Assembly: GCA_900321295.1 (NCBI GenBank)
Contig: ONVN01000157.1
Span: 1 to 47,919 of the forward strand
DNA length: 47,919 nucleotides
DNA from: an uncultured Eubacteriales bacterium
GTDB taxonomy: Bacteria > Bacillota > Clostridia > Christensenellales > Aristaeellaceae
Direction: 5' to 3'
Shown here: piece by piece, positions 35,315 through 43,415 of the stretch
Layout: every line of letters starts with the position of its first letter
Numbering within the stretch: position 1 is the first letter of the stretch
Notes under the pieces: generated by a model
Database searches by the model: none
Seen by the model: only the letters and a program-made list of their open reading frames with translations
Told to the model about the DNA's origin: nothing
Translations under genes and position numbers: made by a program

Positions 35315-36439
35315 TCATGGAATCATTTTCTGATCGTACTGAAGGTTCCAGGCCTCCAGTTTCCGGAAGGCTTCCTCCAGCATTTCCAGGGTGACGGGAT
35401 AGGGGTTATGGTCAATGTCGTGCATACACAGGACCTGCGGAAGCACCTTCTGAAGATCCCCGGGTGTCATGCCGAGATCCTTGAGCGCGGTGGGAAGGGA
35501 AACGGAACGGTTGAAGGCGAACATGGTGCGGAACATTTCGTCCTGCCCGTCGGTGAGCAGAAGCACCAGGACACCGAAGCCGACCACTTCTCCGTGAAGA
35601 TGGTCCGATTCAATCTTCAGTTCCGGGAAGGCGGTCAGGGCATAGAAGATGGCGTGGGCAAGACCGGTATTGTAGTCAATGATCCGATCGGCTGTAAGCA
35701 GGATGGAAGCGACGGCCGTGGTGACCAGGATGGTCAGAATGACCTGGGTGAGCTCCTCCGTGACTTCCTTGCGCTGATGGTCCTGCCAGGCTTTTGCACC
35801 GTAAGCCAGGAGCGGGTCGAGGCAGGAGCGTGAAACGGAAACGCCCAGTGCGTGATAGTAGGCCAGCGTGTCCCCGCGGGAGGACATGGTGGCTTCAAAA
35901 TACTTGGCATAGGTATCGCCGAGCCCGGCCCAGAGATAACGGGACGGTGCCGAGGCAATGACGGCGGTATCGATGAAGGTATGCTTCGGCGGCCCGGGCA
36001 GGAAGCAGGGGCCGGCAAAGCGGCCGTCGGGGTGGTAGAGAATCGAGACAGCCGTGCAGGCAGCGCAGGTGGAAGCAATGGTCGGGAAGGCATAAACCGG
36101 TTTGCCGAGCCGGAAACCGAGGGCTTTGCAGGTGTCCAGTGCTTTCCCGCCGCCGACCGCAAAGATCATGTCGGCGGAGAGCACATCGGAGAGGCCGGAA
36201 AGCATGGCGATATTTTCCTCGGCTGCCTCCCCGCCGTACCAGATCCGGGATACAATTTCGATACCGGGACCTGAAGCGGCTTCAATTTTGTCGGCGATGG
36301 CGGCCATGGCACGCCGGCCGCCGATGAGAACGGCGCGCGTGCCGCTCTCCCGGCAGACGGAGGGAATCTGCTCAAGCGCATGAATCCCGATGGTCCACGC
36401 GGGCAGGCGGATGGAATAATCAGGCATGGAAGTCAGCAA
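35315..36439 (-). CDS. iron-containing alcohol dehydrogenase family protein (glycerol dehydrogenase GldA-like)
   Basis: AVGGGKALDTCKA, AFPTIASTCAA and HLHGEVVGFGVL. The start is ambiguous (GTG 36448, TTG 36439, ATG 36427). TTG 36439 has the best spacing, 8 nt from GAGAGG. Confidence 0.85.
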   Translation of the reverse strand: MLTSMPDYSIRLPAWTIGIHALEQIPSVCRESGTRAVLIGGRRAMAAIADKIEAASGPGIEIVSRIWYGGEAAEENIAMLSGLSDVLSADMIFAVGGGKALDTCKALGFRLGKPVYAFPTIASTCAACTAVSILYHPDGRFAGPCFLPGPPKHTFIDTAVIASAPSRYLWAGLGDTYAKYFEATMSSRGDTLAYYHALGVSVSRSCLDPLLAYGAKAWQDHQRKEVTEELTQVILTILVTTAVASILLTADRIIDYNTGLAHAIFYALTAFPELKIESDHLHGEVVGFGVLVLLLTDGQDEMFRTMFAFNRSVSLPTALKDLGMTPGDLQKVLPQVLCMHDIDHNPYPVTLEMLEEAFRKLEAWNLQYDQKMIP

Positions 36440-36480
36440 TCCGTTCACCTCTCTTTTTCGAAACAGCGATTTTCTCTGGA

Positions 36481-36517
36481 AACAAAACAGGCCCTGTCCA
36501 TCAAAGGACAGGGCCTG
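36481..36517 (-). terminator. T-box leader terminator
   Basis: On the minus strand, caggccctgtcc - tttgat - ggacagggcctg followed by ttttgttt. It lies about 35-65 nt upstream of the candidate ADH starts. Confidence 0.9.
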
Positions 36518-36745
36518 AGCCTTGCGGTACCACCTTCGTTGATCCGGTTTGCCGGATCCTCTTTACAGAAATGCCAACACATTTCCAGCCTTTAACGCAG
36601 GCATACGGTCCGGCTAGGGGCAGATGCCCTTCACCTTTCCCTCAGCGGTCCATTTGCCGTGCCGCTTACGGCCGGTTTTCAGCTGCCCCGGCTCTCTGTG
36701 CGTGCGCTCGACGGTTTGATCTCCGCTTCAAAGGTTTTTTCTATG
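36481..36745 (-). promoter_or_regulatory. T-box riboswitch leader, probable tryptophan (UGG) specifier
   Basis: On the minus strand: GA/K-turn motifs, AGAGAG bay (36697..36692), distal loop GGCAGCUGAAAA and specifier loop CAAA-UGG-A (UGG at 36652..36650). Also Stem III GAUCCGG/CCGGAUC and T-box core GGUGGUACCGC (36534..36524), followed by the terminator. Confidence 0.9.
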
Positions 36746-36751
36746 GATGTC

Positions 36752-36780
36752 ATCATACGGGAAGAAAAAAAGGCTGTCAA
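36752..36780 (-). promoter_or_regulatory. promoter TTGACA-17-TATGAT driving the T-box leader
   Basis: On the minus strand, TTGACA at 36780..36775, a 17-nt spacer and TATGAT at 36757..36752. Confidence 0.7.
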
Positions 36781-36936
36781 GTTTCGCAGATGTTTTTCCG
36801 ATGTTTCTGAAAAGAAACCTGCCCCTGGGTTCTGGAAAAGGAATCCGGAGGGGCCTGTCGAAGAGAAGGGAAAAGAATGGGATGCGGTATAACAGGTTAT
36901 TCCCGCAGGAAGGAGGCCCTTCCGGGAGGAAAAGGC

Positions 36937-37713
36937 ATGGTACAGAAACACAGAATGACGTCTGAGCAGGCACGGGCCCTGAAATGGATCTTTACCGATC
37001 TGGACGGAACGCTGCTCAGCGGAGAGAAAAAAATCCTGAAGCGGACCCTGGATGCACTTCTTGCGTGCCGTGCTGCAGGGATCCGGCTGGCCTTTGCAAC
37101 CGGGCGGAATTTCGTGACGGCCGGTTCGTACCGGGAGATCCTGCAGCCAGAAGGATGCGTGCTTGCCTACGGTGCTCAGCTGTTTTACGGGGAGCGGCGC
37201 GAAGATTATCCCCTGCGGAAGGAGAGTCTGATGCGGATCGCAGGCCAGGCTGCAGGCTGCAGCCGTGTGGATTTCTGGTACAGAGACGGGACGAGCCTGG
37301 AGATGCACAGCCCGGACAGGGAAACCCTGGAAAAAGCGGCTCTGGATGCACCGGACACGCTGTCCGTGGCCTGCTGGGGGATGCCGGTATCCAGGGTTCT
37401 GGAGACGGAAATCCGAAGCTCCGCCACGGCGACCCATTATGTGGGGGACATCTGGGTCAATTTCTGTACGGCGGGGCGGAACAAGGAACAGGGCGTTCGG
37501 GACCTGCTTGCGGCCTTTGGCTGCAGAAAGGGCGAAGCGGTCGGGTTTGGGGATGAGGACTGCGACCTGGGCATTTTCAGACCCTGCGGCTTTGGCGTTG
37601 CCATGGGAAATGCCGATGGGGCAACCCGGGACGGGGCGGACTGGATCACGGAAAGCAATGATGCTGACGGGATCGCGGTTTTTCTTGAGGAACAGGTTCT
37701 GCCCTACCGATAA
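36937..37713 (+). CDS. Cof-type HAD-IIB family hydrolase (sugar-phosphate phosphatase-like)
   Basis: IFTDLDGTLL (motif I), FATGRN (motif II) and GFGDEDCDLGIF...VAMGNA (motifs III/IV). ATG 36937 lies 7 nt after GGGAGG. Confidence 0.88.
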   Translation: MVQKHRMTSEQARALKWIFTDLDGTLLSGEKKILKRTLDALLACRAAGIRLAFATGRNFVTAGSYREILQPEGCVLAYGAQLFYGERREDYPLRKESLMRIAGQAAGCSRVDFWYRDGTSLEMHSPDRETLEKAALDAPDTLSVACWGMPVSRVLETEIRSSATATHYVGDIWVNFCTAGRNKEQGVRDLLAAFGCRKGEAVGFGDEDCDLGIFRPCGFGVAMGNADGATRDGADWITESNDADGIAVFLEEQVLPYR

Positions 37714-37772
37714 AAGAGAAAACACAACAGAGGAGAGAAGGCTGACCGGCCGGCGGCCGGAGCCGGAAAAAG

Positions 37773-38657
37773 ATGAAAATACGGGTATGCGGTTCCGCGA
37801 ACATCGATGATACCTATCAGGTACCCCATTTTGTCCGGGAGGGAGAAACGCTTGCGTCCACGGCCTATACAAGGAATGCCGGCGGAAAGGGGCTCAATCA
37901 GGCAATTGCCCTGAGCCGTGCCGGTGCACAGGTTTCCTTTGCCGGCGCAGTGGGCCGGGACGGACAGTTCCTGGCAGAGGAACTTGAGAAAAACGGGGTG
38001 GATATCTCGAGGTTTCTGGTCCGTGAGGAGGCCACCGGGCATGCGATCATCCAGGTTGACCCGGAAGGACGCAATGCCATCCTTCTTTACGGCGGAGCCA
38101 ACAGGAGCTTCCGGGAGGAGGATATCCCGCAGCTTCTTGAAGGCGTGGAGGAAGGGGACTGGCTGCTCCTGCAGAACGAAATCAGCCAGCTGGGGGCCAT
38201 CGCCCGGGAAGCGAAAAAACGCGGCATGCAGATCGTCCTGAATCCTTCTCCGATGGAAGAACACCTCCGCAGCCTCCTGCCTCTGGTGGACTGGCTGATG
38301 CTCAATGAGGTAGAGGGCAGTGACCTGACCGGAAAGCAGGAGCCGGAGGATATTCTGGACGCCCTGCTGGAGAAGTATCCGCATCTGCACATCGTGCTGA
38401 CGCTGGGGGAAAAGGGGTCCGTCTATGCGGATTCCGCCAGTCGGGAGACGCAGGATGCCGTGCCGGTGACGGCCGTGGATACAACCGCGGCCGGGGATAC
38501 CTACACAGGCTATTTCCTTTCCGCCGTTCTGCGGGGGCTGTCGGTCAGCGGGGCCATGGCAATGGCTTCCTGTGCCGCTGCCATGGCGGTCCAGCACCCG
38601 GGTGCCGTAGCCTCCATTCCGGAACTCGCTGCGGTTCTGGAAGCGCTCAGACCCTGA
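37773..38657 (+). CDS. rbsK: ribokinase (PfkB family)
   Basis: VCGSANIDDTY, NAGGKGLNQA, ILLYGGAN and AVDTTAAGDTYTGYF with the GAVASIP tail give the ribokinase pattern. Confidence 0.88.
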   Translation: MKIRVCGSANIDDTYQVPHFVREGETLASTAYTRNAGGKGLNQAIALSRAGAQVSFAGAVGRDGQFLAEELEKNGVDISRFLVREEATGHAIIQVDPEGRNAILLYGGANRSFREEDIPQLLEGVEEGDWLLLQNEISQLGAIAREAKKRGMQIVLNPSPMEEHLRSLLPLVDWLMLNEVEGSDLTGKQEPEDILDALLEKYPHLHIVLTLGEKGSVYADSASRETQDAVPVTAVDTTAAGDTYTGYFLSAVLRGLSVSGAMAMASCAAAMAVQHPGAVASIPELAAVLEALRP

Positions 38658-38757
38658 AGAAACGGCCGGTGCGGGAACAGGGAGGGTGCGTGTGCATCCT
38701 CCCTGTTCAGCTCCATCCTGCCGGGACAGACACGGGATGGAAGCGCGTAGAAAAATA

Positions 38758-38766
38758 TGGTATACT
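38758..38766 (+). promoter_or_regulatory. candidate extended -10 element (TGgTATACT)
   Basis: TG at 38758-38759 and TATACT at 38761-38766. The -35 is poor (TGGAAG). It sits about 100 nt upstream of the DUF1538 start. Confidence 0.35.
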
Positions 38767-38801
38767 GAAATTCATACGATGGCAGGAATGCACGGCGCAG
38801 A

Positions 38802-38829
38802 GGAAGAACCCGGGCCGGTTCCTTTTTTT
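38802..38829 (+). terminator. terminator-like hairpin + T7 inside the DUF1538 5' leader (possible attenuator)
   Basis: gaacc (38806-38810) pairs with ggttc (38817-38821); alternatively ggaa pairs with ttcc. T7 follows at 38823-38829, 36 nt before ATG 38865. The stem is weak. Confidence 0.35.
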
Positions 38830-38864
38830 GCGCTCTGCAGGACGCCGATCAATCCAGAGAAAGA

Positions 38865-40403
38865 ATGAATGACAGGATGATTCTGAAAACCAAGCTTCTC
38901 GACAAGCTGCATGAGGCGCTCGCAGCCGTGCTCCCGATTGTGGTGCTTGTCCTGCTTCTCAGCCTGACGGTTGCACCGATCCCGAGCGGCGTGCTTCTCA
39001 GCTTCCTGCTTGGAGCATCCATGCTGATCGGAGGCATGATGTTCTTCTCCGTTGGTGCGGAAGTCGCCATGGAACCCATGGGTCAGCTGGTCGGTGCACG
39101 GGTGACGCGCACAAAGAATCTTGCGCTGATCCTGCTGCTGGGCTTCTGGCTCGGTGTGCTGATCACGGTATCCGAGCCGGATCTTCAGGTGCTCGCGGGA
39201 CAGGTGCAGGCGATCCCCAACATGGTGCTGATCCTGGCGGTGGCGATCGGAGTCGGCGGGTTCCTTGTGCTGGCGCTTCTGCGCGTGCTGTACGGTATTT
39301 CCCTGCGGCTGCTGCTTTTCGGCTTTTATACGCTGGTTCTCATCCTGACCGCCCTGGCACCGGTCCATTTCCGGGCGGTTGCCTTTGACTCGGGCGGCGT
39401 GACAACCGGTCCGATGACGGTTCCCTTTATCATGGCGTTCGGTCTGGGCATTACGGCCATCCGAAGTGACAGCAATGCCTCCAACGATTCCTTCGGCATG
39501 GTGGCACTCTGCTCGGTGGGGCCGATTCTCGCGGTGCTGGTTCTGAGCCTGATCTACCGGGCGGACGGGGTCGACTATGCTCCGTTTCTCGTGCCAAATG
39601 TTGGAAATTCCATCGAACTGAGAACACTCTTCGGGAACGGCCTTCCGGAAGTCATGATGGACATGCTGATCTCGATCGTGCCCATTACCCTGTTCTTCTT
39701 CGTTTTCAACTTCATCATGCTGAAACTGCAGTTCCAGACCCTCTCCCGCATCGGCCTGGGCATCCTGTATACCTACATCGGCCTGACGGTGTTCATGACC
39801 GGCGCAAACTACGGCTTTATGCCCGCCGGGGTGTATCTGGGGCAGACGCTCGGAGGACTCCCGTTCAAATGGCTGATTATTCCGGTGGGGATCTTCATCG
39901 GCTATCTGGTGGTCCGGGCGGAGCCTGCGGTGTATGTCCTGATGCGGCAGGTGGAAGACCTGACCGACGGCGCGATTTCCGGGACCAGTCTCCAGCTGAG
40001 CATGTGCGTCGGCGTGGGCGTGTCCGTGGGACTGTCCATGCTCCGCGTGATGCTGGGCTTCAATGTCCTCTGGATTCTTGTTCCGGGCTATGCGCTGGCC
40101 CTCCTGATGAGTTTCCTGTGCCCGAAACTGTTTACGGCCATCGCCTTTGACTCAGGCGGTGTGGCCTCCGGTCCCATGACGGCCGCATTTCTGCTTCCCA
40201 TGACCATGGGATTCTGTACGGCGATGGGCGGTGACCTGGCGACGGATGCGTTCGGGGTTGTGGCCCTCGTAGCCATGACTCCGCTGATCACCATCCAGAT
40301 GCTTGGGCTGATCTACCGGTTCAGGACGCGGCATCATGTGCAGCCTGTCGAGGTGGCGGATCCCTATGCCGACCTGACGGATGATGCCGTGATTGAACTG
40401 TAA
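38865..40403 (+). CDS. DUF1538 family integral membrane protein
   Basis: The 512-aa polytopic protein carries the internally repeated AFDSGGVTTGPMTVPF / AFDSGGVASGPMTAAF motif characteristic of DUF1538. Confidence 0.85.
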   Translation: MNDRMILKTKLLDKLHEALAAVLPIVVLVLLLSLTVAPIPSGVLLSFLLGASMLIGGMMFFSVGAEVAMEPMGQLVGARVTRTKNLALILLLGFWLGVLITVSEPDLQVLAGQVQAIPNMVLILAVAIGVGGFLVLALLRVLYGISLRLLLFGFYTLVLILTALAPVHFRAVAFDSGGVTTGPMTVPFIMAFGLGITAIRSDSNASNDSFGMVALCSVGPILAVLVLSLIYRADGVDYAPFLVPNVGNSIELRTLFGNGLPEVMMDMLISIVPITLFFFVFNFIMLKLQFQTLSRIGLGILYTYIGLTVFMTGANYGFMPAGVYLGQTLGGLPFKWLIIPVGIFIGYLVVRAEPAVYVLMRQVEDLTDGAISGTSLQLSMCVGVGVSVGLSMLRVMLGFNVLWILVPGYALALLMSFLCPKLFTAIAFDSGGVASGPMTAAFLLPMTMGFCTAMGGDLATDAFGVVALVAMTPLITIQMLGLIYRFRTRHHVQPVEVADPYADLTDDAVIEL

Positions 40404-40424
40404 AAGGAGGGTGAGGGAACCATC

Positions 40425-41162
40425 ATGCTGAATCATTCGGAACTGTACCTTATGATGACGGTGACCGGGCGGAACCGGATGCCGGATTTCATCAGGCTTT
40501 ATAAGGATAAAGGACTGGACGTGCATCTGATTTCCCTGGGATTCGGCACAGCGGCCGAAATGTATATGCGGGTGCTCGCCCTGGATGAGACAGAGAAAAT
40601 GGTATGCATGACCGTCGTGACAGGCCATAAATGGCTGGAAGTCAAAAAAGCCATGTCTGTCCGCCTGCGCATTGAAGCGCCGGGTGTCGGCATTTCCTAC
40701 ATTGTCCCGCTCTCAGCCATCGGCGGCAAGCGGGAACTGATGTTTCTGACAGACGGTCAGGGTTATGAGAGGGGAGCGGAAAAGGCTTTGAAAGGAACGG
40801 AACAGGAGCTGCTGGTGGTCATCAGCAACCAGGGATACAGCGAACAGGTCATGGATGCTGCCCGCAAGGCTGGTGCGAGGGGCGGTACCGTGATTCATGC
40901 AAGAGGGACAGGTCAGGAAAAGGCCGAGCGTTTTCTGGGCATTTCCCTGGCCAGTGAAAAAGACATCATCCTGATTGTCACGCCCTCTGAAAAGAAAACC
41001 GAGATGATGCAGGAGATCATGCATGAAGCAGGCACGGGAACGAAAGCCGGTGCGATTGTGTTTGCACTTCCGGTTACCGACACCGCAGGCATGATCCTCA
41101 GACCTCAGAGCGAGGAGCTGGAGGAAGAGGAGTCAGGGGAGCCTGCGGAGGAAAAGAACTGA
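40425..41162 (+). CDS. tandem (fused) P-II-like signal-transduction domain protein
   Basis: Two ~100-aa halves each show the P-II-like beta-alpha-beta pattern (LYLMMTVTGRNRMPDFIRLYKDKG... and ELLVVISNQGYSEQVMDAARKAGARGGTVIHARGTG...). The C-tail is acidic. Confidence 0.7.
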   Translation: MLNHSELYLMMTVTGRNRMPDFIRLYKDKGLDVHLISLGFGTAAEMYMRVLALDETEKMVCMTVVTGHKWLEVKKAMSVRLRIEAPGVGISYIVPLSAIGGKRELMFLTDGQGYERGAEKALKGTEQELLVVISNQGYSEQVMDAARKAGARGGTVIHARGTGQEKAERFLGISLASEKDIILIVTPSEKKTEMMQEIMHEAGTGTKAGAIVFALPVTDTAGMILRPQSEELEEEESGEPAEEKN

Positions 41163-41221
41163 ACAGGCGGGACAGGAGGCAAAACGCGCTTTCTGCAGGG
41201 CTCCGGGTGGGGGAATCTGAG

Positions 41222-41250
41222 TTGCTTTTCCCTGATGGAGTGACTATAAT
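41222..41250 (+). promoter_or_regulatory. candidate promoter TTGCTT-17-TATAAT
   Basis: TTGCTT at 41222-41227 and TATAAT at 41245-41250, 80 nt upstream of ATG 41330. Confidence 0.45.
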
Positions 41251-41329
41251 TTCATAAAGAACCAAATGAAAACCGGCATCCCGGACGTCTTGCGGGATGC
41301 GGCAGGACAAAAGAACAGGAGACGAGACC

Positions 41330-42310
41330 ATGGCAGAGTTTTATCCCGACGGGATAGTCCACGAGGAGCATTATGCACAGACCATGAACCAGACCGTCGT
41401 CCCGGCGCTGAAGGAAATCCGCAGGGACCGTATGGTCCCGGGCAAGGACGGAAACGAACTGTTTGTATCCGTTTTCCCGGCGGAAGATCCAAAAGGCACC
41501 GTGATCATCCATCATGGGTTTACCGAAAACGTGGAGAAATTCTCAGAGGTGATCTTTGCGCTGCACAAGGCCGGGTATACGGTGGGTATGCACGATGCAA
41601 GGGGTCACGGGAGATCCTACAGGGAGCCTGGAGTGGACTCTGCATCCGGAGACACGCATATCGGGCGTTTTGATGACTATGTGGAAGACCTTGAGACGCT
41701 GATGAAGACGGCATACAAGGATCTGCCGTATCCGCGTTACCTTCTCTGCCATTCCATGGGCGGAGCCGTCGGTGCGCTGTATCTGGAAAAGCATCCGGAG
41801 GATTTCAAGTGTGCCGTGCTTTCCTCACCGATGATTGCTCCCTATACAAACGGCGTCCCGACGCCGGCAGCTCTGGCAATCTGCAGCATAATGACGAATG
41901 TAGGCAGGGGAAAGCATCGGATCATGATGTCTCCCGGGTATACAGGACATGAGAATTTTGCAACCAGCTGTGCTTCCTCAAAGGCACGCTTTGACTGGTT
42001 CGACGAGATGAAATTCGATGAAAAACTGTTCCACAACTCAAGTCCGACGTACCAGTGGACCGTTGAATCCATACACGTGACGAACCGGATTCTGAAGCCT
42101 GGGGAAGTCGAGAAGATCAGGATACCGGTTCTGGTCATGCAGGCTTCTGAGGACCACAGTGTCCTCAGCGGGCCGATGGACCGCTTCGTGCAGCGGCTGC
42201 CGAAGGGACGGAAAGAACGCTTTGAAGGCACACGTCATGAGATTTTCCGGGGAACGGACAAGGATGTCTGTCACTGGATGGACGAGATTCTTACATTCTA
42301 TGCATCCTGA
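41330..42310 (+). CDS. alpha/beta hydrolase (lysophospholipase / monoacylglycerol lipase-like)
   Basis: IIHHGFTEN (oxyanion HG), nucleophile elbow CHSMGG and C-terminal GTRHEIF (His). ATG 41330 lies 7 nt after CAGGAGA. Confidence 0.88.
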   Translation: MAEFYPDGIVHEEHYAQTMNQTVVPALKEIRRDRMVPGKDGNELFVSVFPAEDPKGTVIIHHGFTENVEKFSEVIFALHKAGYTVGMHDARGHGRSYREPGVDSASGDTHIGRFDDYVEDLETLMKTAYKDLPYPRYLLCHSMGGAVGALYLEKHPEDFKCAVLSSPMIAPYTNGVPTPAALAICSIMTNVGRGKHRIMMSPGYTGHENFATSCASSKARFDWFDEMKFDEKLFHNSSPTYQWTVESIHVTNRILKPGEVEKIRIPVLVMQASEDHSVLSGPMDRFVQRLPKGRKERFEGTRHEIFRGTDKDVCHWMDEILTFYAS

Positions 42311-42319
42311 GCAATGGAA

Positions 42320-42360
42320 ACAAAACGGCGCAGCCCATCCGGGCTGTGCCGTTTTGTCTT
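42320..42360 (+). terminator. rho-independent terminator
   Basis: 17-bp stem acaaaacggcgcagccc (42320-42336) / gggctgtgccgttttgt (42341-42357) with one G-U pair. A second small hairpin aaaggac/gtccttt+tt lies at 42363-42386. Confidence 0.85.
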
Positions 42361-42577
42361 GTAAAGGACGGCTTCTGTCCTTTTTCCTGCCCATGGACCG
42401 GGCGGTCAGGAAGAAGGAAAGAGAGGAATGGTACCTGCGGGAGACAACAGATGCATATAAATTTATAGTTTTATTAAAAATAGCACTAAAATACTACAAT
42501 AATCACAGGGATAGGGTATAATACCGATTGAACACAATATAGAACCTGCATGGCAGGCGATATGCATCTGTAAAAGG

Positions 42578-42603
42578 CTGCGGGTCCGGCTCCGCGGTTT
42601 TTT
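42578..42603 (+). terminator. terminator-like hairpin + T6 upstream of the HTH gene
   Basis: ctgcgg (42578-42583) pairs with ccgcgg (42592-42597), followed by tttttt. It lies 77 nt before ATG 42680 and about 80 nt after a TATAAT at 42517-42522. Confidence 0.35.
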
Positions 42604-42679
42604 ATGCGGACATTGTGCGGCTGATGCCCCAGATTCATGAATCAGCTATGTATGGAAAATATGGAGGAATGTTCTTTTC

Positions 42680-43384
42680 ATGCAAAACAATGTGTTTGTC
42701 CGGATCCGTCAGACAGCAGGCCTGACCCAGAAGGAATTTGCAAAGGCACTCGGTGTGGGAAGTGTGATGAACTGGGAACAGGGAAAACACTTTCCGAATT
42801 ATACGTCCATGCGGAAACTGATGGATTTCTGCAGGCATCAGGAGATCGACTGCAGTGAAGTGAAGGCAGCATGGAGTACCTGGCAGAATGCAAAGATGCC
42901 CAAGAAAAGCAGGATCAGGAAGAGCAGAAAAGACGATCTGCCTGCAGTTCCTGTTCCCGCTGTTCCTGCGCCGGCTGAAGAAAACCCCTTTGTCCTGCTC
43001 CGGAAGCAGACTGGACTCAGCCAGCAGGAGTTTGCCGTTTCACTTGGTGTGAAATCCGTGGTGAACTGGGAACGCGGCCGCTGTTTTCCCAATTATAAAT
43101 CCATGAAGAAAATCGCTCGGTACTGCGAGGAAAACGGACTTGATTACAGTGAAGTCCAGGAAGCATGGAAACAGAAAAACAGGACGACCTGTGAGAACAA
43201 ATGCAGTGCCCAACAGCAGAGATGGCAGCGCATCAAGAACACAAAGTGTCCGAAAAAGGATAAGATTGCGATGATCCATGAATACCTCTCGCAGTGCAGC
43301 GGAGACAGCGAATTTGAGATTGGCATGCGGTATGCTGCCACCCAGATGCTGGAAATCCTGGAACGGAAAAGCCCTGCGTCCTGA
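42680..43384 (+). CDS. internally duplicated XRE-type HTH protein
   Basis: Aa 5-65 and 103-163 are about 50% identical (..GLTQKEFAKALGVGSVMNWEQGKHFPNY.. vs ..GLSQQEFAVSLGVKSVVNWERGRCFPNY..). They are joined by a basic then PAVPVPAVPAPA linker. Confidence 0.75.
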   Translation: MQNNVFVRIRQTAGLTQKEFAKALGVGSVMNWEQGKHFPNYTSMRKLMDFCRHQEIDCSEVKAAWSTWQNAKMPKKSRIRKSRKDDLPAVPVPAVPAPAEENPFVLLRKQTGLSQQEFAVSLGVKSVVNWERGRCFPNYKSMKKIARYCEENGLDYSEVQEAWKQKNRTTCENKCSAQQQRWQRIKNTKCPKKDKIAMIHEYLSQCSGDSEFEIGMRYAATQMLEILERKSPAS

Positions 43385-43415
43385 AGGCCTTTCAGGAGAG
43401 CCCGATGAAAGACAG

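Noticed and set aside
38675-38708. 11-bp perfect hairpin gaacagggagg/cctccctgttc after rbsK, considered as an intrinsic terminator
   Set aside because: No T-tract follows (the next bases are agctccatcc). It may still stabilise the transcript or act with Rho, but it is not called as a terminator.
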